This document shows, piece after piece, positions 1-7,762 of a stretch of DNA of 32,000 nucleotides. How positions within the stretch are numbered: position 1 is the stretch's first letter; the number at the start of each line of letters is the position of its first letter. Position numbers and translations under genes: made by a program. The notes beneath the pieces were generated by a model, which was not told the origin of the DNA, did no database searches, and saw nothing but the letters and a program-made list of their open reading frames with translations. This DNA comes from Sinomonas terrae (GTDB lineage: Bacteria; Actinomycetota; Actinomycetes; Actinomycetales; Micrococcaceae): the NCBI RefSeq assembly GCF_022539255.1, contig NZ_JAKZBV010000001.1:190601-222600 (forward strand), read 5' to 3'.

Positions 1-763
1 CCCCAAGCGGCTCACGCCGTCGTTCGAGCATTTCAACTTCGCTGCCGGGATCAAGCGCATGTTCGGCACCCAGGCGCTCTGGGGCGGGGTCAAGGCGCTC
101 CTCAAGACGGCCGTCGTGGGGCTCGTGCTCTGGAGCGTCGTGCAGGGGCTCGTCCCGGTGCTCATGTCCGCGGGCGGCCTGCCGATCTCGGGCGTCCTCG
201 CCGCAGCGAACGACGGCGCGGCCTCGCTCGTCCGCTTCGCCGTCGCCGCGGGGCTTCTGCTCGCCGCGGCGGACGTGTTCGTCGTCGTCCGGCGGAATCG
301 CACCAAGACCCGCATGACCAAACGCGAAGTCAAGGACGAGAACAAGAACAGCGAAGGCGATCCGCTCATCCGCTCCCAGCGGCGCTCCCGGCAGCTCGCG
401 ATGTCCCGCAACCGCATGATCGGCGCGGTGGGCGGGGCCGACGTCGTCCTCGTCAACCCCACGCACGTGGCCGTCGCGCTCAAGTACGAGCCGGGGAAGT
501 CTGCCCCGCGGATCGTCGCGAAGGGGGCCGGCACCATCGCCGCGCGGATTCGCGAGGAGGCCGAGAAGGAGCGCGTCCCCATGGTGCAGGACGTCCCGCT
601 CGCGCGCGCCCTGCACGGGGCGTGCGAACTCGGCCAGGAGATCCCCGTCGAGTTCTACACAGCGGTCGCGGGAGTGCTCGCGTTCGTCATGTCGCTCAAG
701 GCGCGCGGCGGATCGGCTGGCGTCCACACCCTTCCACCCGGCCTGAGAGGAATCCACGCGTGA
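1..763 (+). CDS. flhB: Flagellar type III export apparatus protein FlhB, C-terminal part (5' end lies upstream of the window)
   Basis: Frame 2 is open from the window edge (PKRLTPSFEHFNFAAGIKRMFG...). It has the FlhB-like basic linker KREVKDENKNSEGDPLIRSQRR and the NPTH autocleavage motif (VLVNPTHVAVALKY). The stop TGA at 761-763 overlaps the flhA GTG (GTGA). Confidence 0.9.
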   Translation, partial: PKRLTPSFEHFNFAAGIKRMFGTQALWGGVKALLKTAVVGLVLWSVVQGLVPVLMSAGGLPISGVLAAANDGAASLVRFAVAAGLLLAAADVFVVVRRNRTKTRMTKREVKDENKNSEGDPLIRSQRRSRQLAMSRNRMIGAVGGADVVLVNPTHVAVALKYEPGKSAPRIVAKGAGTIAARIREEAEKERVPMVQDVPLARALHGACELGQEIPVEFYTAVAGVLAFVMSLKARGGSAGVHTLPPGLRGIHA

Positions 764-2823
764 ACCGCAATCTGGCACGGCTCGCCGTCCCGGTAGGGAT
801 CGTCGGCATCGTCCTGCTGCTCGTCGTGCCTGTCCCGGCGGCGCTCCTCGACGTGCTCATCGTGTGCAACGTCCTGCTCGCGCTCGTGATCCTGCTGACG
901 AGCATGTTCGTCAAGAAGCCTCTCGACTTCTCGGTCTTCCCATCGCTTCTGCTCGTCGCGACGCTCTTCAGGCTGGGGCTCAACGTTGCGTCGACGCGGC
1001 TCGTGCTCGGCCAGGGGTACGCGGGGCAGGTGATCGAGGCGTTCGGCAAGGTCACGGTGGGCGGCTCGCTCATCATCGGCGCGGTCGTGTTCGTGATCCT
1101 CGTGGTGATCCAGTTCGTCGTCGTGACGAAGGGCGCCGAGCGCGTCGCAGAGGTCGGGGCGCGCTTCACCCTCGACGCGATGCCGGGCAAGCAGATGGCG
1201 ATCGACGCCGACCTGAACGCGGGCTTGATCACCGACGTGGTGGCGCGGCAACGGCGGGCCGAGGTCTCTGCGGAGGCCGACTTCTACGGTGCGATGGACG
1301 GCGCCTCCAAGTTCGTCAAGGGCGATGCGATCGCGGGCATCGTCATCATCATCGTCAACATTGTGGGCGGCCTCGGCGTCGGGATGCTGCAGCGTGGGCT
1401 CTCGATCACGGACGCCCTCAACACCTACTCCCTCCTCACCATGGGCGACGGCCTCGTCTCCCAGATCCCGGCCCTGCTCATGGCCGTTTCCACCGGCATG
1501 ATCGTCACCCGCTCGAACGCCGAAGCCGACCTCGGCCAGGCAGCCTCGACGCAGCTTTCGCAGTCCCGCACGGCGCTCCTCATCGCCGGCCTCGCCGCCG
1601 TCGTCATGGCGCTCATGCCGGGCATGCCGCCGCTGCCGTTCCTGGGCGTGGGGGCGGGGTTGATCATTGTGTCTCGGCGGATACGAGCCTCAGAGGACGG
1701 AAGAGGCGATGGCGGCGCCTCCTCTGATTCGAGCGGCGCGAGGGGCGGGGGAGGGGCCGAGCAGGACCCCACGCAGCGGCTCATGGAGGAGATGCGCGTG
1801 CACCCGCTCGAGATCATGCTGGCACCCGACCTCGTGGACCTCGTCAGCGGCTCGGCGGACGATCTGCTCGCCCGCGTGAAGTCGCTCCGCCACAAGATCG
1901 CGATGGACCTCGGCGTCGTCATCCCGCCCGTGCGGACGAGGGACTCGGTGGAACTCCCGCCGTCGACCTATGCGATCCGCATCGCCGGCGTCGAAGCCGG
2001 GCGCGGAACCGCGCCGTCGGGCAAGCTCCTCGCCCTCGGCGACTTCCTCGACGCGCTGCCGGGGGCCGCCGTCGTCGAACCTGTCTTCGGGCTCGCCGGC
2101 AAGTGGATCCCGGCGGAGATGCGGCACAGCGCGGAGCTGACCGGGGCGACCGTGATCGACCGCGTGAGCGTGCTGATCACGCACCTCTCCTCGATCGTGG
2201 TGGCCAACGCGGCCCGCCTGCTTTCCCGCGAGGACGTCCGCGTGCTCACCGAGGGAGTCAAGACCCTGAGCCCGGCTGCGGTCGAGGAGCTCACGCCCGC
2301 GCTCCTCTCGCTCGCCGAGATCCACCGGGTGCTTCAGGGCCTCCTCACGGAGCAGGTGCCGGTCAACGACCTCACCCGCATCTACGAAGCGCTCACCCTC
2401 CGCGCCAAGGCGTCCACGGATCCCGAGGGGCTTATCGAGTCGGCTCGGCTTGCGATTGGGCCCGCGCTCGTGCGGCGGCTCATGGACGGGGAGCGACTCA
2501 CGGTCATCACGATCGAACCGGTCCTCGAGCAGAGCCTCGTCCAGGACCTCCGACCGGCCGAAGGCGGGACGCAGCTCGTTATGGAGCAGTCGAAGCTCGA
2601 CGCGATCATGTCATCTCTCAGTTCTGCCGTCGCCGCGGCCGAGTCCGCAGGGAAGAGCCCTGCCCTCGTGTGCGCGCCGATGCTGCGGCCCGCCGTGCGG
2701 AAGCTCGTGGCGCTGCCGCCCGCGGGGGTCCCCGTGCTCTCGTATGCCGAGGTCACCTCGACGTCCGTGAACATCGAGACGATCGGGGTGGTGCGCCTTG
2801 GCGCCGCAACAGTATCTGCTTAG
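760..2823 (+). CDS. flhA: Flagellar export apparatus protein FlhA
   Basis: GTG at 760 is in frame with ORF 622-2823. The N-terminus VNRNLARLAVPVGIVGIVLLLVVP...FPSLLLVATLFRLGLNVASTRLVL and the FHIPEP-like block GARFTLDAMPGKQMAIDADL are typical of FlhA. A Gly/Ser/Asp-rich linker is followed by the cytoplasmic domain. The gene is coupled to flhB. Confidence 0.92.
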   Translation: MNRNLARLAVPVGIVGIVLLLVVPVPAALLDVLIVCNVLLALVILLTSMFVKKPLDFSVFPSLLLVATLFRLGLNVASTRLVLGQGYAGQVIEAFGKVTVGGSLIIGAVVFVILVVIQFVVVTKGAERVAEVGARFTLDAMPGKQMAIDADLNAGLITDVVARQRRAEVSAEADFYGAMDGASKFVKGDAIAGIVIIIVNIVGGLGVGMLQRGLSITDALNTYSLLTMGDGLVSQIPALLMAVSTGMIVTRSNAEADLGQAASTQLSQSRTALLIAGLAAVVMALMPGMPPLPFLGVGAGLIIVSRRIRASEDGRGDGGASSDSSGARGGGGAEQDPTQRLMEEMRVHPLEIMLAPDLVDLVSGSADDLLARVKSLRHKIAMDLGVVIPPVRTRDSVELPPSTYAIRIAGVEAGRGTAPSGKLLALGDFLDALPGAAVVEPVFGLAGKWIPAEMRHSAELTGATVIDRVSVLITHLSSIVVANAARLLSREDVRVLTEGVKTLSPAAVEELTPALLSLAEIHRVLQGLLTEQVPVNDLTRIYEALTLRAKASTDPEGLIESARLAIGPALVRRLMDGERLTVITIEPVLEQSLVQDLRPAEGGTQLVMEQSKLDAIMSSLSSAVAAAESAGKSPALVCAPMLRPAVRKLVALPPAGVPVLSYAEVTSTSVNIETIGVVRLGAATVSA

Positions 2824-3688
2824 GGGCTCGAACCTCGAGGACGTGACCCGCCGGGCCGTCGATCTGTACGGCCCCGAGGCGCGCATCGTGAGCGCCGACA
2901 GCGTGCTGGACCCTGGACTCGGTGGGCTGCTGGGCCGCCGCCACGTCGAGGCGACCGTGATGGTCCCGGCCCCGATCGTGAGGCTCGCGCCGTCGGTGGA
3001 TCCTGCCGGTCCGCACACTCTGGGCGCCAGGGCGGGCATCGCGGCGCTGCTCGACGACGCCGACACCGCTGAGGATCGGATCCACGCTTTCCAGGCCGCC
3101 GCGCCCGGACCGCGACCCTCCGGGCCCCCCGTTTCTACTGAGGCCGAGGACTTCGACGCGCTCCTCGAACGGCTGCGCAGCCAGACGGATGCGCCCGAGG
3201 AGCGGGTCCCCGTGCTCCTTGACGGCCCCGGTGACCTCGTCCTCGTCCTCGGAACAAGCGATACGGCATTCGCGGTGGTGCAATCGATGGCGGCGCGCCT
3301 GCCTGAGGCGTTCTCGCTGACGAGCGCGGGCGAGCTTTCGGAATGGCCTCATCTCGAGGATGTCCGGGACGCGACGGCTGCTCGGGCCGAGGGCGTCGAA
3401 TCCGGGACCGCCGTGCTCGCGGCCCTCGGCCTGCGGGCGTTCGACCGGCTCGGCCCGCAGCTCGGGCGCGCTGCAGCGCTGAGGGCTGATCAGGTGTGGC
3501 TCGCCGTGGACGCGCGGCACAAGGCTGAGGAGACAGCGGAATGGGTGGAGGCCGCGAAGGCGCGCCTCACGGTGAGCGCGCTCGCCGTCGTGGGCGCACG
3601 CGAAACTCGCACGCCGGAGACCGTCAACACTCTGGGAATCCCCTTAGGCTGGGTGGACGGTTCGCACGCACCACGGACGGTGCTCTGA
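2798..3688 (+). CDS. FlhF-like protein with degenerate GTPase motifs (candidate pseudo-GTPase)
   Basis: It occupies the flhF position after flhA, with a TTG start overlapping the flhA end by 26 nt. The N-terminus QQYLLRGSNLEDVTRRAVDLYGPEARIVSA resembles the FlhF N-terminal domain. The G1, G3 and G4 positions read LVLGTSDTAFAVVQSMAARL, AVDARHK and VVGARET instead of GxxGxGKT, DTAGR and TKLDE. Confidence 0.55.
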   Translation: MAPQQYLLRGSNLEDVTRRAVDLYGPEARIVSADSVLDPGLGGLLGRRHVEATVMVPAPIVRLAPSVDPAGPHTLGARAGIAALLDDADTAEDRIHAFQAAAPGPRPSGPPVSTEAEDFDALLERLRSQTDAPEERVPVLLDGPGDLVLVLGTSDTAFAVVQSMAARLPEAFSLTSAGELSEWPHLEDVRDATAARAEGVESGTAVLAALGLRAFDRLGPQLGRAAALRADQVWLAVDARHKAEETAEWVEAAKARLTVSALAVVGARETRTPETVNTLGIPLGWVDGSHAPRTVL

Positions 3689-3713
3689 TACGTCATTCCA
3701 CGGAAGGAAAGCC

Positions 3714-3950
3714 ATGCTCGTACTCACTCGGAAGCCCGGCGAGAAGATCATGATCGGCGACGAGATCGTTATCACGTTCCTTGAGAGCAGGGGGAGCGAG
3801 GGCATTCGGATCGGCATCGAGGCGCCACGGCATCTCGCGATCAAGCGCGAGGAGATCTTCGAGGCCGTCGCCGACGCGAACCGCGAAGCTGCCCACGCGC
3901 CGTCGGACGCCGAGGCCATCCTGAAGGGGCTGCTGCGGCCGGAGGGCTGA
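3714..3950 (+). CDS. csrA: Carbon storage regulator / translational repressor CsrA
   Basis: MLVLTRKPGEKIMIGDEIVITFLESRGSEGIRIGIEAPRHLAIKREEI is a near-canonical CsrA sequence. A GGAAGGAAA Shine-Dalgarno lies 5 nt upstream. The gene sits at the end of the flagellar locus, as in Gram-positive bacteria. Confidence 0.93.
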   Translation: MLVLTRKPGEKIMIGDEIVITFLESRGSEGIRIGIEAPRHLAIKREEIFEAVADANREAAHAPSDAEAILKGLLRPEG

Positions 3951-4019
3951 GGATTGCTCTTTTCGCGGTTGCCCCCTACGGGCAGACTGTCAGAGTAGGC
4001 GGAGAGAAGGAGAGGGACG

Positions 4020-4532
4020 ATGGATATCACCGAGGTCATCTTGAACGATCATCACGAGCAGCGCCGCATGTTCGGCATCCTCGAAGAGGTCTCCCCGGCC
4101 GACACTGAGGCGCTCGGATCAGTGTGGAAGCGCCTGCGCATCCTGCTGGAGGTGCACGCCGCCGCCGAGGAGAAGCTCTTCTACCCGCGACTGTTGAAGC
4201 TGCAGAAGGACCTCATCGCTCAGGAGTCGCCCGGCGAGGAGACCGAGGATGCCGTTCACGATCACAACGAGATCCGCGACGCGATCGCCGCGGTCGAGGG
4301 CCACGAGGTGGGCTCGGTCGAATGGCTGCGCGCGGTAGCAGAGGTCAACGAAGTCAACGGCGATCACATGGCCGAGGAAGAGCGCCAGGGCTTGACCGAC
4401 TTCCGCCGCCACGTCGGTCTTGAAGAACGCCACACGATGGCCGTCGCGTTCGCGGCGTTCGAGGCCGAGCACGCAGGCGGTATCTCGGCACACGACGTGG
4501 ATCCGAAGCAATACCTGCGCGAGCACGGCTGA
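4020..4532 (+). CDS. Hemerythrin (HHE cation-binding) domain protein
   Basis: His/Glu/Asp ligand pattern typical of hemerythrin-like four-helix bundles: NDHHEQRR, VHAAAEEKLFYP, HDHNEIRD, GDHMAEEE. A strong GGAG-rich Shine-Dalgarno precedes the ATG. Confidence 0.8.
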   Translation: MDITEVILNDHHEQRRMFGILEEVSPADTEALGSVWKRLRILLEVHAAAEEKLFYPRLLKLQKDLIAQESPGEETEDAVHDHNEIRDAIAAVEGHEVGSVEWLRAVAEVNEVNGDHMAEEERQGLTDFRRHVGLEERHTMAVAFAAFEAEHAGGISAHDVDPKQYLREHG

Positions 4533-4584
4533 GGGCAACATTTCCTAGGGGTGATTTTTGATTGGGACGGAGGGGAAGCGAACA

Positions 4585-4884
4585 ATGTCGGATTCGTCGA
4601 CTATCACTGATGATCTTTCCACGCCCGGGGAGATCCTTCTCGAGGAGTTCCTCGAGCCGTTCGGGGTGAGCCAATACGAGCTCGCAAAGCGCATCGGCGT
4701 CGATCAGTCGCGCATTTCGCGGATCATTCGTGGCAAGCAGGCCATCACCGCCGACACAGCTCTTCGCCTCAGCGTCTTCTTCGGCACGTCGCCACAGTTC
4801 TGGCTCCGACTGCAGGAAGGCTACGACCTCGCTCACGCCCGGGTCGACACGCCGCTCAGCGCTATCCAGCCGCTGAGTGCCTGA
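4585..4884 (+). CDS. higA: HigA-family antitoxin / XRE helix-turn-helix protein (no cognate toxin gene adjacent)
   Basis: PGEILLEEFLEPFGVSQYELAKRIGVDQSRISRIIRGKQAITADTALRLSVFFGTSPQFWLRLQEGYDL matches the HigA antidote family pattern. I chose the ATG at 4585, which is preceded by GGAGGGGA, over the TTG at 4558. Confidence 0.85.
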   Translation: MSDSSTITDDLSTPGEILLEEFLEPFGVSQYELAKRIGVDQSRISRIIRGKQAITADTALRLSVFFGTSPQFWLRLQEGYDLAHARVDTPLSAIQPLSA

Positions 4885-4926
4885 CGCTCCACCTGGACGC
4901 AGGAATTAGTTGTAGGAGTTACGGTC

Positions 4927-4940
4927 GATAGCTGACTATC
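4927..4940. promoter_or_regulatory. Palindrome GATAG-CTGA-CTATC immediately upstream of the MBL hydrolase start, downstream of higA
   Basis: Read directly: 5-bp arms with a 4-bp spacer, abutting the GTG at 4941, in a locally AT-rich segment. Confidence 0.3.
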
Positions 4941-5678
4941 GTGGCCCTCGTGGAACTTGCTCCCAAGCTTCGCCGCATCGGCAACGACATCATCGCTTGC
5001 CACATCGTCGTCGGCGACGATGGCCTAACGGTCATCGACACCGGTCTTCCAGGGCACTACCGCGACCTCGTGCGCGAGCTGCAGGAACTCGGCCGACCGC
5101 CCACCGACATCAAAGGGATCGTGCTCACGCACGGCGACAGCGACCATATCGGTTTTGCCGAGCGCCTGCGCAGCGAGCTCGGAATCCCGGTCTACGTCGG
5201 CGCTGAGGATGCGGAGCGCGCGAAGGGGGCCAAGCCCCCGGCGACGCCGAAGGACCCCCGGCGGATCGGCGCCGTCGTCCGCTTCTTCGCCTACGCAATC
5301 GCCAAGGGTGGATTCCGCACACGGCCGCTGCGTGAGGTCATCGCTGTTCACGACGGTGACGTGCTGCCTTTGCCGGGTTCGCCGCGTGTCATCGCGATGC
5401 CTGGCCACTCGCCGGGCAGCATCGCGGTCCACGTGCCTTCTGTGCAAGCGGTCTTCGTCGGCGATGAACTCACCACGCGGCACGTGCTGACAGGCGCCGA
5501 GGGTCCGCAACCGGCACCCTTCACCGACGACCAGGCGGGATCTTCCGCATCGATCGAGAGGCTGTCCGGCTTGGACGTCGACTGGGTCATCCCCGGTCAC
5601 GGCGCCCCGTGGCGCGGCGGCACCTCCTCGCTCATCGCCGCTTACCGCTCCGCGGAGGGCCGACCGGCTGCCGGCTGA
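4941..5678 (+). CDS. MBL-fold metallo-hydrolase
   Basis: Beta-lactamase-fold motifs appear in order: VIDTG, LTHGDSDHIG (an HxDxDH variant of HxHxDH), MPGHSPGS, VFVGDEL, IPGHG. GTG start. Confidence 0.8.
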   Translation: MALVELAPKLRRIGNDIIACHIVVGDDGLTVIDTGLPGHYRDLVRELQELGRPPTDIKGIVLTHGDSDHIGFAERLRSELGIPVYVGAEDAERAKGAKPPATPKDPRRIGAVVRFFAYAIAKGGFRTRPLREVIAVHDGDVLPLPGSPRVIAMPGHSPGSIAVHVPSVQAVFVGDELTTRHVLTGAEGPQPAPFTDDQAGSSASIERLSGLDVDWVIPGHGAPWRGGTSSLIAAYRSAEGRPAAG

Positions 5679-6504
5679 CCAAGGCGGCCGCCCACTCCTC
5701 AAGCCTGCTTCGCAGCAACCCGGGGCCAAGTTCGGTATGACCGATTCCAAGGTAGTTCGGCGCCCACTCTTCGACTCTCGGATAGGCGCTCGCGGCAGCC
5801 TGGAGGTCCCAACTCAGAAGGTCGGGAATTGTGGTTCCGGCCAATTGTTCATATTCGGCCGCAAACAGATCGGCCGCTGATGCGTCGCCCAAAAGGACGA
5901 GGTCCAATCGGCACCAGGCCACATCTACACCTCGAGGTGCATTGCGGGCGCCCGACCAATCCACGACGCCCGCGAGCTTTTCCCCGGACCATAAGGCATT
6001 TCCGCACCAGTAGTCGGAATGCGTCAGAACCCGGTCTCTGAGGTCGAGACCGTTCCAGGCGTCTCTGGCAGCCCTTGCCACCGGACTGTCACCCGATGGC
6101 GGCCCCTCGGGCGCAGGTCTCAGTCCGTTTCCCGAGAGGCGGTGGATTCGGACAAGGGTCGCCGCCATTTCGTGGGCGATGGCCGTCAGGGATAGCTGGG
6201 GATCGGGGTGGCCGCCTTCGACTCTTGTGGTGACGATGAACGGCCAACCCGAACGGGTCGAATGGCAAATATAGCGCGGCACCACATCGCCGAGAGCGTG
6301 AAGCCGATCAAGGATCTCCACTTCACGCAAGACGGTGGACGGTTCTTCGGGGAAGCAGCGGATCACGTAATCCGAGAGGCCGTCGCTGGCCAGAATGCTG
6401 GTCGCATGCGTCCCGCCTTCGAGGAAAGCCAGGAAAAGAAGCCTCTTCCCCAGCTCGGTGGAGGCCTCGGCAATTAGATGATTTACGAAGGAGCCAGTCA
6501 GCAT
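5632..6504 (-). CDS. Aminoglycoside/choline-kinase-type phosphotransferase (APH family)
   Basis: It carries the Brenner catalytic motif LTHSDYWCGNALW (HxDxxxxN) followed by VVDWSGA. It is 290 aa. Its 3' end overlaps the convergent MBL gene by 47 nt. Confidence 0.75.
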   Translation of the reverse strand: MLTGSFVNHLIAEASTELGKRLLFLAFLEGGTHATSILASDGLSDYVIRCFPEEPSTVLREVEILDRLHALGDVVPRYICHSTRSGWPFIVTTRVEGGHPDPQLSLTAIAHEMAATLVRIHRLSGNGLRPAPEGPPSGDSPVARAARDAWNGLDLRDRVLTHSDYWCGNALWSGEKLAGVVDWSGARNAPRGVDVAWCRLDLVLLGDASAADLFAAEYEQLAGTTIPDLLSWDLQAAASAYPRVEEWAPNYLGIGHTELGPGLLRSRLEEWAAALVSRQPVGPPRSGKRR

Positions 6505-6519
6505 CTCGGGCTGGGCCGC

Positions 6520-6927
6520 TCAGCTCTCTCCTGATTCGAAGCCGATGAGCCAGTGAAGGCCGAACCGGTCGAGAACCTGGCCGTCGGACGCACCCCAGGG
6601 GCGCTTCTGAAGGTCGTCCACAACCTGACCCGCGGCGGCGAGGCGCTCGAACCACCTGCGGAGGTCAGCCTCGCTGGAGGCGCCCAAGAGCGAGAGCATG
6701 AGGCCTTCCGTGCGGACGCCCGCCGAGCCGTCGTCGGCGTCGGCTCCGAAGAGGTCGACGACGCCCTTCAGGATGCCGTGGGCGACGCCATCGGGGGACC
6801 CGTCCGTGCGCCCGAGCTGGGAGCGCGTGTAGATGGTCAGCTCCCCGCCGAACACCTCCTGATAGAACGTGAGCGCCTCGCGGGCGTTGCCTTGGAACAG
6901 GAGATAAGGGGTCGGCGGGGTGGACAT
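6520..6927 (-). CDS. VOC / PhnB-YjdN-like (glyoxalase-fold) protein
   Basis: The N-terminus TPYLLFQGNAREALTFYQEVFGGEL and the C-terminus WGASDGQVLDRFGLHWLI are typical of the PhnB-like VOC family. The gene lies 15 nt upstream of the APH gene on the same strand. Confidence 0.7.
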   Translation of the reverse strand: MSTPPTPYLLFQGNAREALTFYQEVFGGELTIYTRSQLGRTDGSPDGVAHGILKGVVDLFGADADDGSAGVRTEGLMLSLLGASSEADLRRWFERLAAAGQVVDDLQKRPWGASDGQVLDRFGLHWLIGFESGES

Positions 6928-6961
6928 GCGGTTCAGAATAGGCCCGGCAATGCGGCGGAGA

Positions 6962-7762
6962 CTAGTGCTCTTTCATCGGCTGGCCCTGGCGATACATCTG
7001 CCGAGGCTTGACCCCGGCCGCCTGCCCTCCGTCGATGGGGACAACGGCGCCGTTGATGTATGAGGCTTGCTCCGAGCACAGCCATACGACGAGTCTTGCG
7101 ACCTCGTCCGCCGTGCCGATTCGGCCCATAGGGCTGGCTAACCCGGCCATCCGTTGGGCCTCGTTGCCCGCCGCCTCGAGATGATGAGTGAGGATCGCCC
7201 CCGGAGCGACCGCGTTGACGCGTATTCCTTGACCGGCATAGTCGAGCGCGGCGACCTTGGTCAGACCGATGATCCCCGCCTTCGCGGCCACATAAGCGGC
7301 GAGGTTGGCCACCCCGTTGACACCGGCCAGCGAGGCCATGTTCACGATCGCTCCGCCACTGGACGCCAGCATCGCTGGGATCTGGAACTTCATTCCGAGA
7401 AGGTGCCCCTTACGTTCGTGGAGATTCCACGATCGAGTCTTCTGGCGCGATGTCCGCGAGGGGAGCTGGCATGGGCCCGTCGCTCGCGTTGTTGAAGGCA
7501 CAGTCAAGGCGCCCGAATTCCTCGACTGTACGGGAGACGACGTCGCTCATCGACTGCGGGTCCCCGACATCGGCGATGATGGCAGTCGCTGTTTTGCCAC
7601 GGGCCCTCATTTGTTCCGTGACGGCCTCCAAGGAGGACCTGCTGCGGGAAGCCACTGCAACCGACGCCCCAGCTTCGGAAAAGGCCAGCGCGGTCGCAGC
7701 CCAATTCCCTTGCTGGCTCCGACGACCAGCGCCACTTTCCCCGCCATATCGAAGCCAGTCAT
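6962..7762 (-). pseudogene. Short-chain dehydrogenase/reductase (SDR), disrupted by three 1-nt deletions
   Basis: The SDR sequence can only be followed by hopping frames.
- MTGFDMAGKVALVVGASKGIG (frame of ORF 7607-7978).
- AATALAFSEAGASVAVASRS...FGRLDCAFNNA...PED (ORF 7410-7877).
- LDRGISTNVRGTF (third frame).
- LGMKFQIPAML...NMASLAG...YVAAKAGIIGLTK...VNAVAPG (ORF 6962-7507).
The breaks lie near 7700, 7438 and 7402. Confidence 0.8.

Noticed and set aside
622-759. Upstream extension of the flhA ORF; the same applies to 15952-16149, 20149-20544, 21925-22428 and 27021-27170 for their genes
   Set aside because: Each extension overlaps the 3' end of the preceding, well-supported gene and translates to Arg/Pro/Gly-rich sequence. 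In every case a start codon lies at or overlapping the upstream stop, and the family-typical N-terminus begins there.
1680-1760. Gly/Ser/Asp-rich insertion in FlhA (EDGRGDGGASSDSSGARGGGGAEQD)
   Set aside because: It lies at the known flexible linker between the FlhA membrane and cytoplasmic domains. Low-complexity variation there is common and not evidence of a novel feature.
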